Positions 51,356-64,000 of a DNA stretch of 64,000 bases are shown here, piece by piece. The notes below the pieces were generated by a model that saw only the letters and a program-made list of their open reading frames with translations, did not search any database and was not told where the DNA came from. Origin of the DNA: Ancylonema sp. (lineage: Eukaryota); contig JBFLGF010000006.1 in assembly GCA_050230475.1 (NCBI GenBank), positions 124,001 to 188,000 of the forward strand, written 5' to 3'. The first letter of the stretch is position 1. Every line of letters begins with the position of its first letter. A program made the position numbers and the translations under genes.

Positions 51356-51696
51356 CTACCTTTGCCTGTACCCTCGTAGTGTCCGCAGCAGGTGTTTTGC
51401 AGACCCACAAGCTGGCTGCCAAATCCATATCCCGGCTTCTGGCGCTGCCTGGGGTCGACATTGGGGCTGTGTGCGACACGGTAGTAGAGGAATTGAGGGA
51501 GTTAACCGGGTACGATGGAGTGATGGCCTACAAAGTCCACGAGGATGATCATGGAGAGGTGATTGCAGAAATGCGACGATCGGATCTGGATCCCTATTTC
51601 GGGTTGCAGTACCCATCGACGGACATCCCCCAGGCCGCCCGATTCCTCTTCATGACAAACCGGATGCGCATGATCTGTGATTGCAGTGCAAAACCG

Positions 51697-51883
51697 GTGA
51701 GTGGGAAGTGGGTCCCTGAATTGTCGACAAACTGCAGTTGTATTTCATTGCCCTGTTTGGAATTACCACTGTTGCATCCCCTTTCCACCAACCCCAGCCC
51801 AACCCAACCCGAGCTTTAGCCCCAACCCAAGTCCAAAACCTAACTCCAGCTTAAGTTTCCAATCCTCTGTTCTTGCTGTCCAG
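51697..51883 (+). other. Phytochrome GT-AG intron within the GAF domain
   Basis: CCG|GTGAGT...TGTCCAG|GTA joins CSAKP-VQLQQD in frame. Confidence 0.85.
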
Positions 51884-52780
51884 GTACAATTGCAGCAGGA
51901 CGACCGCCTAAAGAATCCCATCTCTCTTGCAAAGTCCACTCTCCGTGGTGTGCATCCTTGCCACCACCAGTACATGACCAACATGGGATTCGTGGCCTCC
52001 CTCGTCGTGGCGGTGGTCATCAACGATCCAGAATCCTCCTCCCCACCCCTCTCCTTCCCTGCCGCCGATCCTCCTGCTGCCGCCCCCACCGCGGGCCGCA
52101 GGCTGTGGGGACTGGTCGTGTGCCACCACACGCGGCCGCGATACCTGCCCTTCCCGCTGCGCTCCGCCTGCAAGGCCCTGGTGAACATGTTTGCGATGCA
52201 GCTGAACAAAGAGGTGGAGGTGGCAAAGGAGGTCCGGGGCAAGGACACCCTGCGCACCACATCGATGCTGCGCGATATGCTGCTCAGGGACGTGCCGCTA
52301 GGAATCGTTTCCCAGAGTCCCAACATCTGCGACCTGGTCCGCTGCGACGGCGCGGCTCTGTTGTACAGGGGCAATTGTTGGCTGCTGGGAGTGGCACTGA
52401 ACGAAGCAGATGTGAGGAATCTGCCGCGGTGGGTGGTGGAGCGTCACAAGGACTCCACAGGATGGAGCACCGAGTCGTTGGCGGATGCCGGGTACCCGCA
52501 GGCAGACAAGTTGGGGGTGAGGGTGTGTGGAGTGGCTGCAGCGCGCATCACGGAGAAGAATTTTGTCTTCTAGTTCTGCTTGCACGAGTAGAAAGGCATC
52601 AACTGGGCGGGGGCGCAACTGTAGGGGGGCCAGAAGGACGATCCCCGCATGATGCATCCGAGATCGTCGTTTGCCGCCTTCTTGGAGGTGGTGAAGAAGC
52701 AGTCGGTGCCGTGGGAGGACGTGGAAATGGACGCCATCCACAGTCTCTAGCTCATACTCACAAAGGCCTTCACTAATCTG

Positions 52781-55700
52781 TATAAGCTTTTGAGTGATTA
52801 TACTTGCCGGACTAATTTGGTGGGCGACAAAACGAACCGTACGCAAAAGGATCTCTTTCACTGATGATCAACGAGACAGGATTTGCGTGTGTGGAACTAA
52901 TTATAATTGTGATTGCATCGGGGATGGTAATACCCGATGCTCTTTACAGATTGTTGCGTGCCGACGGTCGGCACAATTGACCGTCGGCCTATCATAGACT
53001 GACAGCTCTTCTAACTAAATGTCAACGGCACATGCCATTTCTGACACGACAAAACTAGCCAGTCACGACGCTTCGACCAAATAACGTCTCTAAGCGTCGG
53101 AAAAACATGGTCAGGTGCCCGGGCACAAACTTGCCCGGCCCCGCATATACAGGCACATCTAGAATATTGCTCCCGGTTAGAGTAACCGGTCACACCTGGA
53201 CTAGCACTAGCACGCATAACATATGGCTATCCATATCCAAAATATTAAGAGAAAATATTCTAACACACCCCCTCGGATGCCATTCTAAAGTTGGCATAGA
53301 TGCAGACATCAAAAGGAGTACCCAAGTCATTGCCAAAACATGGCAGAACTATCACATAACATATAACACAATTTTGGTCTTCCCTAGCATAAACATGTGC
53401 TAGGGGATCTATCGATAAATGCAGCCGTTCGGAAGACGATCGGAAGACGATCGGAAGCCGATCGGATCAGAAGACTCGCTCCATGTCTTGTCGTTTTTGG
53501 CCGGCCCTGCACATACAAAAAATGCCACAAGTTAGGCGAAAAACAAAAAAACTTATGAAAATATTTTTGATTTCTTAACTTTTTCAACACTGAAAACTTC
53601 ACACTTTGTCAGAAAACTCTCAAAACAGCATAACTTCAAAATTACAAATCCATCGGCACCAACTTTTGACACAAGCTTTGCAACGATGATTAGGACATAC
53701 ATACGAAAATTCAGAACAAACTGACAAGTTTAAAGTTCAGCAGATTCACACTTTCTGATTTCAAAAGGTGTACTTAAGCGTTTTCAGGTGTCTTTTTCGA
53801 GGGTCTTTGGGTGAAAGTGTGACTTAGCTGGATGAGGCTGAAAGTTTAGTTGGTGTACCCTCCCCATTACTTCTGCCTGAAACATAACAACACACCCCCT
53901 GCCAACATGCATGGCATTCGAAACCTTCGATCATAAAAATAAAAGAAAACTACTGACACCCCCAGTTCAGTATAACCGTCCAAAACCTAGACTTTTGCTG
54001 TGTCTGTCCAGTAAAACTTGGGTAGAGCTTTAGTTAGCATATCTGCTGGTTGATTTGCGCCTGCCTTGCAAGATACACATATTTTATTAGTCTCCCCGTG
54101 CTGGGGCAGTCCCGTACCCAGTGATATACCACATTAAAATGTTTTGCTTTCTGTCTTTGCACAGGATTCTGGATCATGGAGAGAGCTGAGGTTGAATCAG
54201 TGTGTGGATTGTGATTTGGTGTGGGAATTTGAGTTCTTTCAAGAGAGACCTTTAGATAAACAGCATTCTTTAGACACACTACAGGCAGCAATATACTCAG
54301 CCTCCCAGTGCTCTGTGCAACAGTTGACTGTTTCTGTGACTTCCAACTCAGTGCTGTCCCCCCAACCGTGGTTACCCATCCAGTGACTGACTTCCCTGTC
54401 ATGCTACAACTGTTCCATGATGCATCGCAGTAACCCTTTACTTCAAATGTGTCTTTTCCCACAAACGTCAGTCCGTGGTTGACAGTATCTGAATAGTTGC
54501 TCAATAGTTGATGTAGAGCCCTTATGTGTGCCACCCCAGGATTCCCCATGTGTTTTGCCAGTACCCCAAGTGCATACCCGATGTCCAGTCTGGTTTGTTT
54601 CATGGCATATATGAGTGATCCCTTTCTTTCCCTCGAAAGTCTGTTATATCTTCAGGGGTAGGGGGAAGAGTTGGTTCTTCATTCTGTGTGAATTGAGTTC
54701 CAGGGGCGAGTGGGAGTTTGGTTGGATTACACTCCTGCATCCCATAGCGTTCAAGCACTCCCCTTAGACTGTCCCAGTGTGAGCAGTATTCTCTGTCTAT
54801 CCCTCTTCACTTCCACCCCCAGGATATGGGTTAGGGGACCCAGATCCTTAACTTTGAACTTTTTACCCCATATCTTCTTTAAAATTTTTGACGACCATTG
54901 CGTTAGGACCTGTGATCACCTTATCATCTACATGTATGCCCAGTATGATTCTGCTGTCTGCTTCCCCCCTCATATATATACATTGTCCATTACGCACTGT
55001 TTAAACCCTTCAGATATCATAAATTTTCTGAACATTTCCTGCCATACGTGGCTACTCTGCTTTAGACCGTATAAAGCTCCCTTCAGTCGTAAGACCTTTC
55101 CCTCAGCACCCCCATTGATATACATACGTGGTGGTATTTTCATGTAAACTTCTTCCTCCAGACGTCCATGGGAACGCTGTGATTACGTCCATCTGTTCCA
55201 GTTCCCAGTCATATTGGTTTGCTATAGAGAGGAGTAGGGTGATAGATGTACTGTCGATTACTGGTGCAAATACTTCATTATAGTCAATATACCCTCTCTG
55301 TAAGAACCCCTGTGCGACCAGTCTGACTTTATATCTTTCAATATCCCCCTGTGGTGTTGTTTTGACCTTAAACACATATCTGCACCCCACAGCCTTTTTA
55401 CCTGGAGGAAGCACACACACCTCAAAGGTGTTGAACGTCTCCAGGGCTGCTAACTCCTCCACAATGGCCCTGTCCCACTGGTCCCAGTCTCGCCTCATCA
55501 TCGCATGGTTGAGTGTGAGTGGCTCGGAGGAGTTGCTGTTAGATGCTACGCACGCGTAGCCCGGATCCACAAGACCGTTGAAGCCAGTGTAGAAACTGCT
55601 GGGCTCCCACTCAGTCGCTGAGTAGTTGGCGTGTGCTGCGTCATCAAACTCCTCCCCATCACATCACAAGGTCCCCATACTCCGCAAAGTTGGCTCGCCT

Positions 55701-58700
55701 CCTGGCCATCACCCGATCTGCTACACTGCCAGGCTCCCCCACATCTGGGTTCGCACCCCCTCCTTGCACCTCCTCCTCCCCTGCATCTCCACCTCCTGCG
55801 TTGTTGATCCCTGATTGGCTGTCAGACAGCACAATCGTGGCGTTAGAGACCTCAGCAGCTTGTGGCTGGAAGTTGTCGTGCGGATAGTCGTTGGCAGCTG
55901 CTGGCTCAGGGACTGCTGGTTCTGCTGGTGCTGGGATTGGCTGCAGAACTGCTGGCATCGGCTGGCATGTTGGGGTGGACTGCTGCTGCTGGCACCACTG
56001 CTTGTGTGGTGCTGGAATGTTGGGGTGGACTGCTGCTGCTGGCACAACTGCTGCAGCTGGTTCATCTTCAGGGTCGGGGAAAAGGTGGAAAAAGTGTTTT
56101 TCTGCTGCCTCCTGAATCTGGGGAGCTCTCCCCCCCATCAGCTTCGGGTACCCCGGCACCTCCTCAAAGAACCTCACGTCCATGCGTGATATCACCCCAG
56201 CTCTATGGGGATCGAAAACGTTGAAGCCTGCACTCCCCGCAGCCATCCCCAGAAACACACCAAAGCAACGGCGAGGGGCAAACTTGTCCACTTGTCTGTT
56301 CTTTTCCCCCCCAACCTTCAAATATTGGACCAGACACCCGAAATTATGACTTTTGTTAACTGTCATTCTCTTCCCCTCCCAGACCTCAATTGGAATTTTC
56401 CCAGAAAGCGACTTAGTGGGTCTATTCCTCAACCAGTTACCAGTTTGCATGTAACAATGCCACGTCCCAATAAGACTTCGGTAGACCTGACCAGATTAAG
56501 ATGCATCGCATTTTTTCTGTCAATGTTCGGTTCAGTCTTTCACAGTTTCCATTTTGTTCAGGACTATATGCTTCTGAGGTTTGTTTATCAATACCCTTCC
56601 CCCCACAGTAGTTTATCCAGTCCTGAGACACATACTCCCCTCCCTTATCTGACCGAATAGACTGTAGGGGCAGACCCGACTGGACCTCGAGCAATTGTAT
56701 AGTGACTCTTGCTCGGTTCAGTGCTTCATCCATTGTTTTTAACAAACTCACAAATGACAGACGTGTGGATACCTCGATCCCTGTCTGAGCATATGTATAC
56801 CCTCCGTTAGCTGACCTGACAGACAGTGGCCCAATGAGATCGAGGTGAATGCGATCCATCTTGGGGCATGTCCCCAGATCTGCACTGACCTTAGCATGAC
56901 TGAGCTGAGTCATCTTCCCCTGACAGCAAACCTGACATCCCTTTACTTCAGTTAATTCCCCCTGACTTAACTCTGGGATGTCCCCACGTCTGGCGAAATC
57001 TGACATCACATCAGAACTGGGGTGACCCAAGTTGTGATGCCAGACCATGCCTGAGGACAAATTCGCTGTAGTATCATGAGATCCAGGCATAACGATTGTG
57101 GCAGCAAGCAGAGTCAGATCACTAGGCTGCTGCAACACATCAGCCCATTTCACTTTCACATGTCCCTTGTTTAATTCAGGACCCGTGGGCAGCTGTAGAA
57201 AGCTCAGCCCACCTCTTCTGACGCTGACGAGGCACGATCACGATGTCGATGTCGACACGAGGGTGCCACGAGGGTGCAGGACGTGGATCGAGCTGAGTGG
57301 CTGCACAAAACAAAAACAGTGTCGCCATTCCTCACTCGGATGTGCACGAAACCAGTTCCCTCCACCTTGTGTGACGTCAGCAGTGGTGATGAAGGCCTGC
57401 TGCGTGCTCAGGGTAGGTGTGTACTCCACAAAGTGTTCACGTGCCGTGAATATGTGGTCAGTAGCACCTGTATCCAGGATCAAAGAGTCTGAGTGAGGAC
57501 CAGCAGACATTGCCCGGGCAACATTGAACGCGAGAAAGCACCGAAAGCTAAATAATCCACATTAGCGTTGAAGGGTTTGTCAGCAAAGCGAGCAAGTCTA
57601 GCTTGTGCGTCAGCCCTCCTCGCAGCCACTGGGTTCATTAAAGCCATGTCAGATGTTCTTTTTCTGCATTGTTCAATTGTGTGACCGACAATGTTGCAAT
57701 ATCTGCACTTTTGCCTCCCCCCTGAACTTCCCTGAGTAGCGTGCGCAACAGTTCCAGCTGCTGGTGATGTCGCAGGGCATTGCGCAGCTCGGTGGCCTGC
57801 CTGATGGCTGTGACACTTTTTCCATGGCCCCGTATGGCCTCCGCCAGATGCTGGTGAAGGGCAGTTCGCTCGGATGTGCCCAAATTTGTGGCAGTTGAAG
57901 CATTCGACGCCTGCAGCGTCTCTGCGACCAGCTCCAGATGCACCACCAGATCTGCTGCTACCTCCAGCTCCATTCCCCCCCCCAGGTCCGCCATAGTGCG
58001 CCTGGTGTCCTCCGGGCAGCGCCCCCCTTTTTCGGTCGTTCAGCTCTTTCCGCACGTCGTCGCGAAGCAGCGCACTCACGATGTGTGGAATCGTGAAGAG
58101 GTGTGGCGACGACTCCGACCATGGCATCCGTTGAAACCATCGGACTGTAATGCGTGTTCAGCGAATTTAGCAGGTTAAACGCCTGCTTCGTTGGAGAAAC
58201 TGGTGCCCCCAGATTCTTCAGGTCCTGGTGCAGCTGCTGCAGACGCTTCACGTACACGTTGAGGTCCTCTGCCTCCGTCTGAATGATAGCGCTCAGCAAT
58301 GCGCCTCCGTATTTGCGATCTCGATCGCACCCTGCACCTGGTAGAATGTCCGCAGAGCATCCCACATGCCGGCAGCTGTTGTGCAGTCCGTGACGTGCGT
58401 CAGCTCCGATGGCCCCAGGTGCTTCACGATGTAAGACATAGCAGCCAGATTGTCCTCGTCCCATTTCTCGAGCTCCAGAAGCTGCTGGGAAATCTGCTGT
58501 TGTCGCACCAACACGACATCCACGGCGTCGATCCCCCTGGCGGCTAATTGCAGCTCGTTATCAGGTGTCAATGGAAGGATCACGTCTGCGCGACACTTTC
58601 GCGGCAAACTGTCCCAGTCCATCACCAAACGGTGCAGTTTCTTGTCCGCCAGCCCATATTTGACCTTGAAGGCCCATCCTGTATAATCAGCTCCAGTAAA

Positions 58701-59438
58701 TTGAGGGATTTGCGACCTATCCGACATTATGGCAGCTATTGTGTAGGACTTTACAAAAAATTCTCGCACAGCTCGAGTTCTCAGTGCAATTCCTGCATGC
58801 GCACTCAGCTCAGAAACTTGCAGCGCAATATCAGAATTACGTGCAGACCCGAACAACCAGAATATATTTGCGCTCACTGGCTGAATATACCGTTCACAGA
58901 GATTACCGCAGCGAAATCGCGTGGAGCCTTTAGTTTTTAACCTAAACGGCGTCTGAACTAGACCGCTCGTGGGCCCATAACCTATAAGCTTTTGAGTGAT
59001 TAGACTTGCCGGATTAATTTGGTGGGCGACAAAACGAACCGTACGCAAAAGGATCTCTATCACTGATGATCAACGAGACAGGAGTTGCGTGTGTGGAACG
59101 AATTATTATTGTGATTGCATCGGGGATGGTAATACCCGATGCGCTTTACAGATTGTTGCGTGCCGACGGTCGGCACATGACCGTCGGCCTATCATAGTGA
59201 CTGACAGCTCTTCTACATGTCCACGGCACATTGCCGGACATTTCTGACACGACTAAACTAGCCAGTCACGACGCTTCGACCAAATATAACGTCTCTAAGC
59301 GCGTCGGAAACATGTCAGGTGCCCGGGCACAAAAAACTTGCCCGGCCCCGCAGCATACAGGCAAGGCACATCTAGAGAATATTGCTCCCACAACTGGACT
59401 AGCACGCATAACATATGGCTATCCAAAATATTCTAACA
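52781..59438 (-). mobile_element. Full-length Ty1/copia element C (LTRs 52781-53265 and 58983-59438; polyprotein about 53967-58727, frameshifted), inserted in PHY
   Basis: gag, Zn knuckles, LILDTGAT, WHHNLGH, RSDKGGEY, QNGNCER, YKVRLVA, YCDASW; PBS GGTTATGGGCCCAC at 58969-58982; PPT next to 53265. Confidence 0.95.
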
Positions 59439-59519
59439 CTCTAAAGGCATTCCTATCGACTGGAGCAGAGGGAGAACAAAACCTCCATCCACGAACAACT
59501 GAACTAGCTGAAGCCGCAG

Positions 59520-59647
59520 GTGAGAACAGGGTTGACACAACACAAACTCGATTCTGTACAACAGAAAGTTGACATCTGCGTCTACCTATTCAGCAGTTTG
59601 GGAGGGAAGCGCCTTTCCCCTATGCCTGACACCTGTCCCTCTCCCAG
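59520..59647 (+). other. Phytochrome GT-AG intron in the hinge
   Basis: CAG|GTGAGA...TCTCCCAG|GGC ATG GAC joins LKPQ-GMD. Confidence 0.8.
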
Positions 59648-59657
59648 GGCATGGACG

Positions 59658-62600
59658 TGATGTAAATTAGTGCTTTAATCAAGGGAAAATGCCGAGTTGT
59701 GGCGATAGTAATAATTGTAGAATTAGCGTGGACCGGAGATGTGACTATAATGTGTATGTGTGTCTATGATGTGAGTCGATACAATATGCATGAGGATGTG
59801 AATCGACAATTATGTAGGTTGCACTTAGGCGCAATGGGCGCGGAAGCGAGTACTATGAATTGGACCGGTTTACTCTAGTACCGGACTAAGTTGCACTAGA
59901 TTTGCATAGTTGAGTGTGCACCAATGGGGTGAATATGAAGAATAGTCGCATTATTGTGTTCACGGGAAATGACGTTAGCGAGTAGACTTTAGTCAACCTA
60001 CGCACCACCGGTTGGTTAAACCGATTATTTGTCCTTGGCTTGTAAGGCAAATTCAATATATACTCTACGGAGTTTTCATAACAAACAATTCATACCATCA
60101 TCGCTTTTGTTTCCAGGTCTATTGGGCCATTTGTCACGGACAGTTTGGATTTGTATGTAATTCACGAGAAGTCGGAGAGCCGGCGAATTTAAGACCTGTA
60201 CGGCAGGCAAGGGATTGGGCAGGCAAGGGATTGGCCCACTATGGCTGATCCTTGATGCTTCAAGTGGTATCAGAGCGTCGGGCGACGAATACATGAAACC
60301 GCGTCTGCGGTTGACAGGTGACAACATAAACGTGTGGCTGGCAATCATGGAGCCCATGTTTCGCGAAAAGAAGGTGTGGGCCCACATCAAGGGAACAGCC
60401 GCCGTTCCGGGTCCACCGTTGACCGTCGCTGCTGGAGTCGTTGCAGTAGCCGGACTTGGTGCCCCGGGCGCAGCAGGCTACGTCGCTCCCGTCAGTGGAG
60501 TCCCTGCGGTCACGCAGGCCATGGTGAACGCGAGAAACGCTGAGATCGAGAAATTTAAGGTGGACGAGGAGAAAGCGACTTCGATGTTGCTGATTACGCT
60601 GAAGCTGGAAGACGTTGTTGCTATTAACACTATTCCGACTGTCGCAGCAAAGTGGGCGAAGATCGTCGAAGATTATCAGCCCGTTTCTTCAATTCTGGCG
60701 ATGAATGCGTCAAAATCGATTCTTCAATTTTAGCATGGGAAACGAGACAATTCAACTCATACAAAATCGATTCGACGGTCTCGCCAGCGACTGCGTTCTA
60801 CAAAAGGTCCCTCTGACTCCAGTTCAGAAGAAAAATGCGCTCCTGACGCGACCCTCGCCTCGATGGAAAATTTGGTCGGAGAGTGTCGCGGGTCAGACGC
60901 CACTTCCGACAACTGAGCAATTATTTGCGACGATGAAGGCGGTGGAGATTTTCGAAATACTGCAGAAGAAAGCGAGCACAACGAGGCTGCATTCGCACGT
61001 GACAGCTCTTCAGGGGGAAATCGCTCGCAGCAGGGCGGATTCCGGGGCGGATTCATTGGGGGCGGGAGCGGAAGATTTGGCGGGAGCGGAAGCAGCGCGG
61101 GAGGCAGCAGAGGAGGCAGAGCGTCAGCGAGAGGAGGTGCCGCACGTGGCGGCAGGGGAGGCGATCGACAGGGAGCACGTGGCGCATCCCAGGAGGACAT
61201 CGATTGCTACTGTTGCGGGAAGCCAGGTCACTACGCCGTGACTGCCCGCATCGTCAAGAAGTGCTCCACCTGCGGATGGGAGGGGCACCTGGCAGCGACC
61301 TGTCGTCACGGGGGCGACAAGCCGAGCACGTCCGCTGCCGACGAGTCGAAGGGGGGCGGCAAGGAGGTGAGAGTCTCTTTCGCCGCCCAAAGGAAGAAGA
61401 AGCAATGCAATGGCGGAGGCGAAGCATGGTGAGTTCGAGGAGGCGTACGCTCTCGAGGTCATCGAGGTCGAGGCCACGGGCTTCAGTTCTGCAACCAGCT
61501 CTCAATTTCTGGGAGATTCTGGCACGAACCGCCACGTGGCAAACGATTCTGCGATGCAGTGGGACAAGCTGAAGCTGGCTCGGCCAGTCAGAATCCGCCA
61601 GTGGTGGGGGAGGTGATCTGCACGTGGGAGGGTACCGTGCGGCTGGAGCTAACCGACCCGCAGGGGTACCCAATCCCGGTTATTCTAGAAAACGTGCTCT
61701 ATTGGTCCCCGAGTTGGCGGTAATTCTGTTCTCGACGCAGAGAATGCGTTTGGCTGGGACGCGTCTAGACTATCCCGTGGAGCTGGGGACTGTGTGGATG
61801 GTCAGCCGTGAGGGTTGACACGTGGGCAGCTTCAAGGAATCTGCTACGGCACGACTCATTCTCACGTGCAAGATTCTGTACCCCGCCGACCAGGGACCCG
61901 ACAGCCCTCCCCTCCCTCTCCCTCCCCCAGCCGTCTACCCGTTTCTGGCGCCAACCGCAGAGGTGCTGTTTGCAGCCACGGACATCGGGCTGCTCCACAG
62001 GCGCACGGGGCACGCTGCGGTTAGCACCCTTCACAAGTTGGCGAGGCCAGGGTTCGTGAGGGGGCTGGAGGGTGGCCTGGTTGGGGAGCTGGGAGTCTGC
62101 CGTGGCTAGTTGGGCAAGCCGCTGGCGAAACCCCACCCGCAGAAGGATCCAGCCTTCCGAGCAGGGAAGCCGCTCGATCTCGTTCACGCTGACTTGGCAG
62201 GCCCGATCAAGCGTGCCACCTGGGGTGGGAAGCTCTACGTGTTTGTTCTCATCGACGATTACAGCAGGAAATCATGGGTAATTTTTCCAAAGAACAAATC
62301 TGATGTCGAATTGAGGGTGAAGGAGTGGACAGCGCTGGTAGAGCGCGAATCCGGTTATCGGGTGGGGCGGTTCCGTACTGACAACGGGGGGGAGTTCGTG
62401 AAGCAGACGTTGAAAGACTGGTTTCGTCTACGTGGCATCACCCAGGAGTTCACCCCTCCCCTGTACTCCACAGGCGAACGGGGTCGCCGAGCGACTCAAT
62501 CGTACCCTCCAGGACCGAGTCCGTAGCATGATGACGGAGGCTGGGCTCGGGGGCGGACGGAAGCTGGGGGGAGGTTTCTGGCGGGCATTGTACCTCAGGA

Positions 62601-64000
62601 ACCGGGGGCCGGTTACTGGATTGGATCTGACGCCGCACGAGCTGTGGAGTGGGAAGAAGCCAACCTTGGTGCACTTGCGGGCCTACGGCTGCAAGGTGTA
62701 TGCGCCCATCGCGAGAAGGGTGACAGGGCAGGGAGCTCCGGGAAGGTGCGCTGGGAGGGGGTGCTACTCGGTTACTCGGACAACAGCCCTTCGTACCGGG
62801 TCTAGGGGGATCCGGTGAAGGGGAAAGTCTACAATGTCGGCGGAGCAGACTTCGATGAGGACGTGGAGGGGGGCTGATGGAGGCAGCAGCTTCTGCAAGG
62901 TGACTTGGAAGAGCCTGTGGAGATCCCCCAAAACTGGGCGGCAGATTCTGGCGCAGGCGCAGGCGACGGGCCACCCCCTCCCCCTCCCCCTCCCCCTCCC
63001 CCTCCTGCAGGCGGGGAAGTAGCCCAACCTCCTGCAGGTGGGGGGAGGACGGTGACGACGATGACGAGGGACGATGATGATGATACCCCCAGCCTAGTCA
63101 GTGATAGCAGTGATGACGAAGAGGAAGACGAACGAAACTGGCAGATTTGGGTGATGATGACTACGACGACAACGGGGGATTTCAGTTTCTGCGACGGGAT
63201 TTGGGCTCCCATTTTTACGGGCTCAAGGGGCCGGGGGTACGGGGCCACGGGCTCAAGCGACGGGGTCAGGGCAGGGAGGCCAGGGCTCGCAGCCCAAGCG
63301 CTCAGGCAGGCAGCGGGGCCTGCCGCTGGCGGTTCGCAGACTCCTACGCTGCAGCCGTGGACCTGGTCTGTCCTATCACTGTAGCTGAGGCACTTGCAGG
63401 ACCTGAGCGAAAGGAATGGAGGGAAGCTTTAGACTCTGAGTTGGGGAGCTTATAGGAGAATAATGTGTATGAGGAGGTTGAGAGGCCCAAGGGCAAGCGG
63501 GTCATTAGCATGAAATGGGTGCTCCGCATCAAGAAGGACCAGGACGGGAACGTTGAAAAATTCAAGGCGAGGGTAGTCGCTCGGGGGTTCAAGCAGATGG
63601 AAGGTGTAGACTATGAAGAGACATTCGCTCCTACAGTCCGACATGAAAGCATTCGGGCGCTCATCGCCTTTGGGGCAAGCGACAATTGGGAGTTCGACCA
63701 GATGGACGTCGGCACGGCCTTTCTCTACGCGAACTTAGAGGAGGAGGTGTACGTGGAAATTCCGGAGGGGGCACCAGGGTATGGTGTGTTGGGGAGAGTG
63801 TGGCGCTTGTGGAAGTGCCTCTACGGCTTGAAGCAGGCGCCGAGGATGTGGAACCAGACGATAGACGTGGTGCTTCTTTCGATGGGGTTTGAGCGGTTCT
63901 TATCGGATCACGGAGTGTATGTAGTGGGGGTAGGAGACTTGAGGGTCTTCATCTGTCTATATGTAGACGACCTCCTTCTTATGTGGAAGAGTGTGAAGTC
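59658..64000 (+). mobile_element. Ty1/copia element F (5' LTR 59658-60262, PBS 60265-60276), inserted in PHY; runs off the window end
   Basis: PBS TGGTATCAGAGC; gag, double Zn knuckle, FLGDSGT, LLHRRTGH, VHADLAGP, RTDNGGEF, FKARVVA, QMDV, LYGLKQ, YVDD; frameshifted. Confidence 0.93.

Larger units (their letters stand above)
44556..59657 (+). pseudogene. PHY: Plant-type phytochrome pseudogene (NTE-PAS-GAF-PHY and hinge), split by three LTR elements; remainder lies beyond the window
   Basis: Coding segments 44556-44925, 45514-45711, ~51360-51696, 51884-52780, 59463-59519, 59648-59657. Motifs [51 protein letters not shown] (bilin Cys 51959-51961), [31 protein letters not shown]. Six TAG stops. 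Confidence 0.95.

Noticed and set aside
51360..51379. Chromovirus copy 3 lying in an intron (acceptor-like CCTCGTAG)
   Set aside because: No matching GT or GC donor in the right phase was found near 45711; left unresolved.
52298..52861. Antisense and alternate-frame ORFs over PHY and the GC-rich TEs
   Set aside because: Shadow ORFs of GC-rich coding sequence with no recognisable motifs.
58969..58982. tRNA genes at tRNA-matching segments (also 5827, 32939, 36422, 60265)
   Set aside because: Only 11-14 nt matches next to LTRs; these are primer-binding sites.
45660..59507. TAG reassigned to Gln, or RNA editing restoring PHY
   Set aside because: One TAG replaces a conserved Trp, CpG-type missense changes lie alongside, and three TEs interrupt the gene. 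Mutational decay is simpler.
52780..59657. Neochrome or photosensory-module-only phytochrome
   Set aside because: The gene resumes after copia C with the canonical hinge (KTSIH...LKPQ-GMD); no LOV or kinase sequence is seen. Not fully excluded until the next window is read.

Overview
Eukaryotic, plant-lineage nuclear DNA that is almost all nested, decayed retrotransposons. The only host gene I can support is a plant-type phytochrome pseudogene (+, 44556 to at least 59657). It is split by three LTR retrotransposons and carries six in-frame stops, all TAG. Introns inside its photosensory module suggest a streptophyte alga rather than a land plant (inference). The LTR elements are three copies of a Ty3/gypsy chromovirus (self-priming signal, -1 frameshift site), a non-autonomous relative with an orphan ORF plus a solo LTR, three copia elements of a half-tRNA-primed lineage, two canonical tRNA-iMet-type copia elements, two copies of a gag+protease-only copia derivative, a gypsy-like gag-protease relic and a tandem LTR array. 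There are also two MITEs and a long inverted-repeat element. No rRNA, tRNA or CRISPR array was seen. Many frameshifts sit in homopolymers and could partly be sequencing error. All alignments and translations were done by eye.
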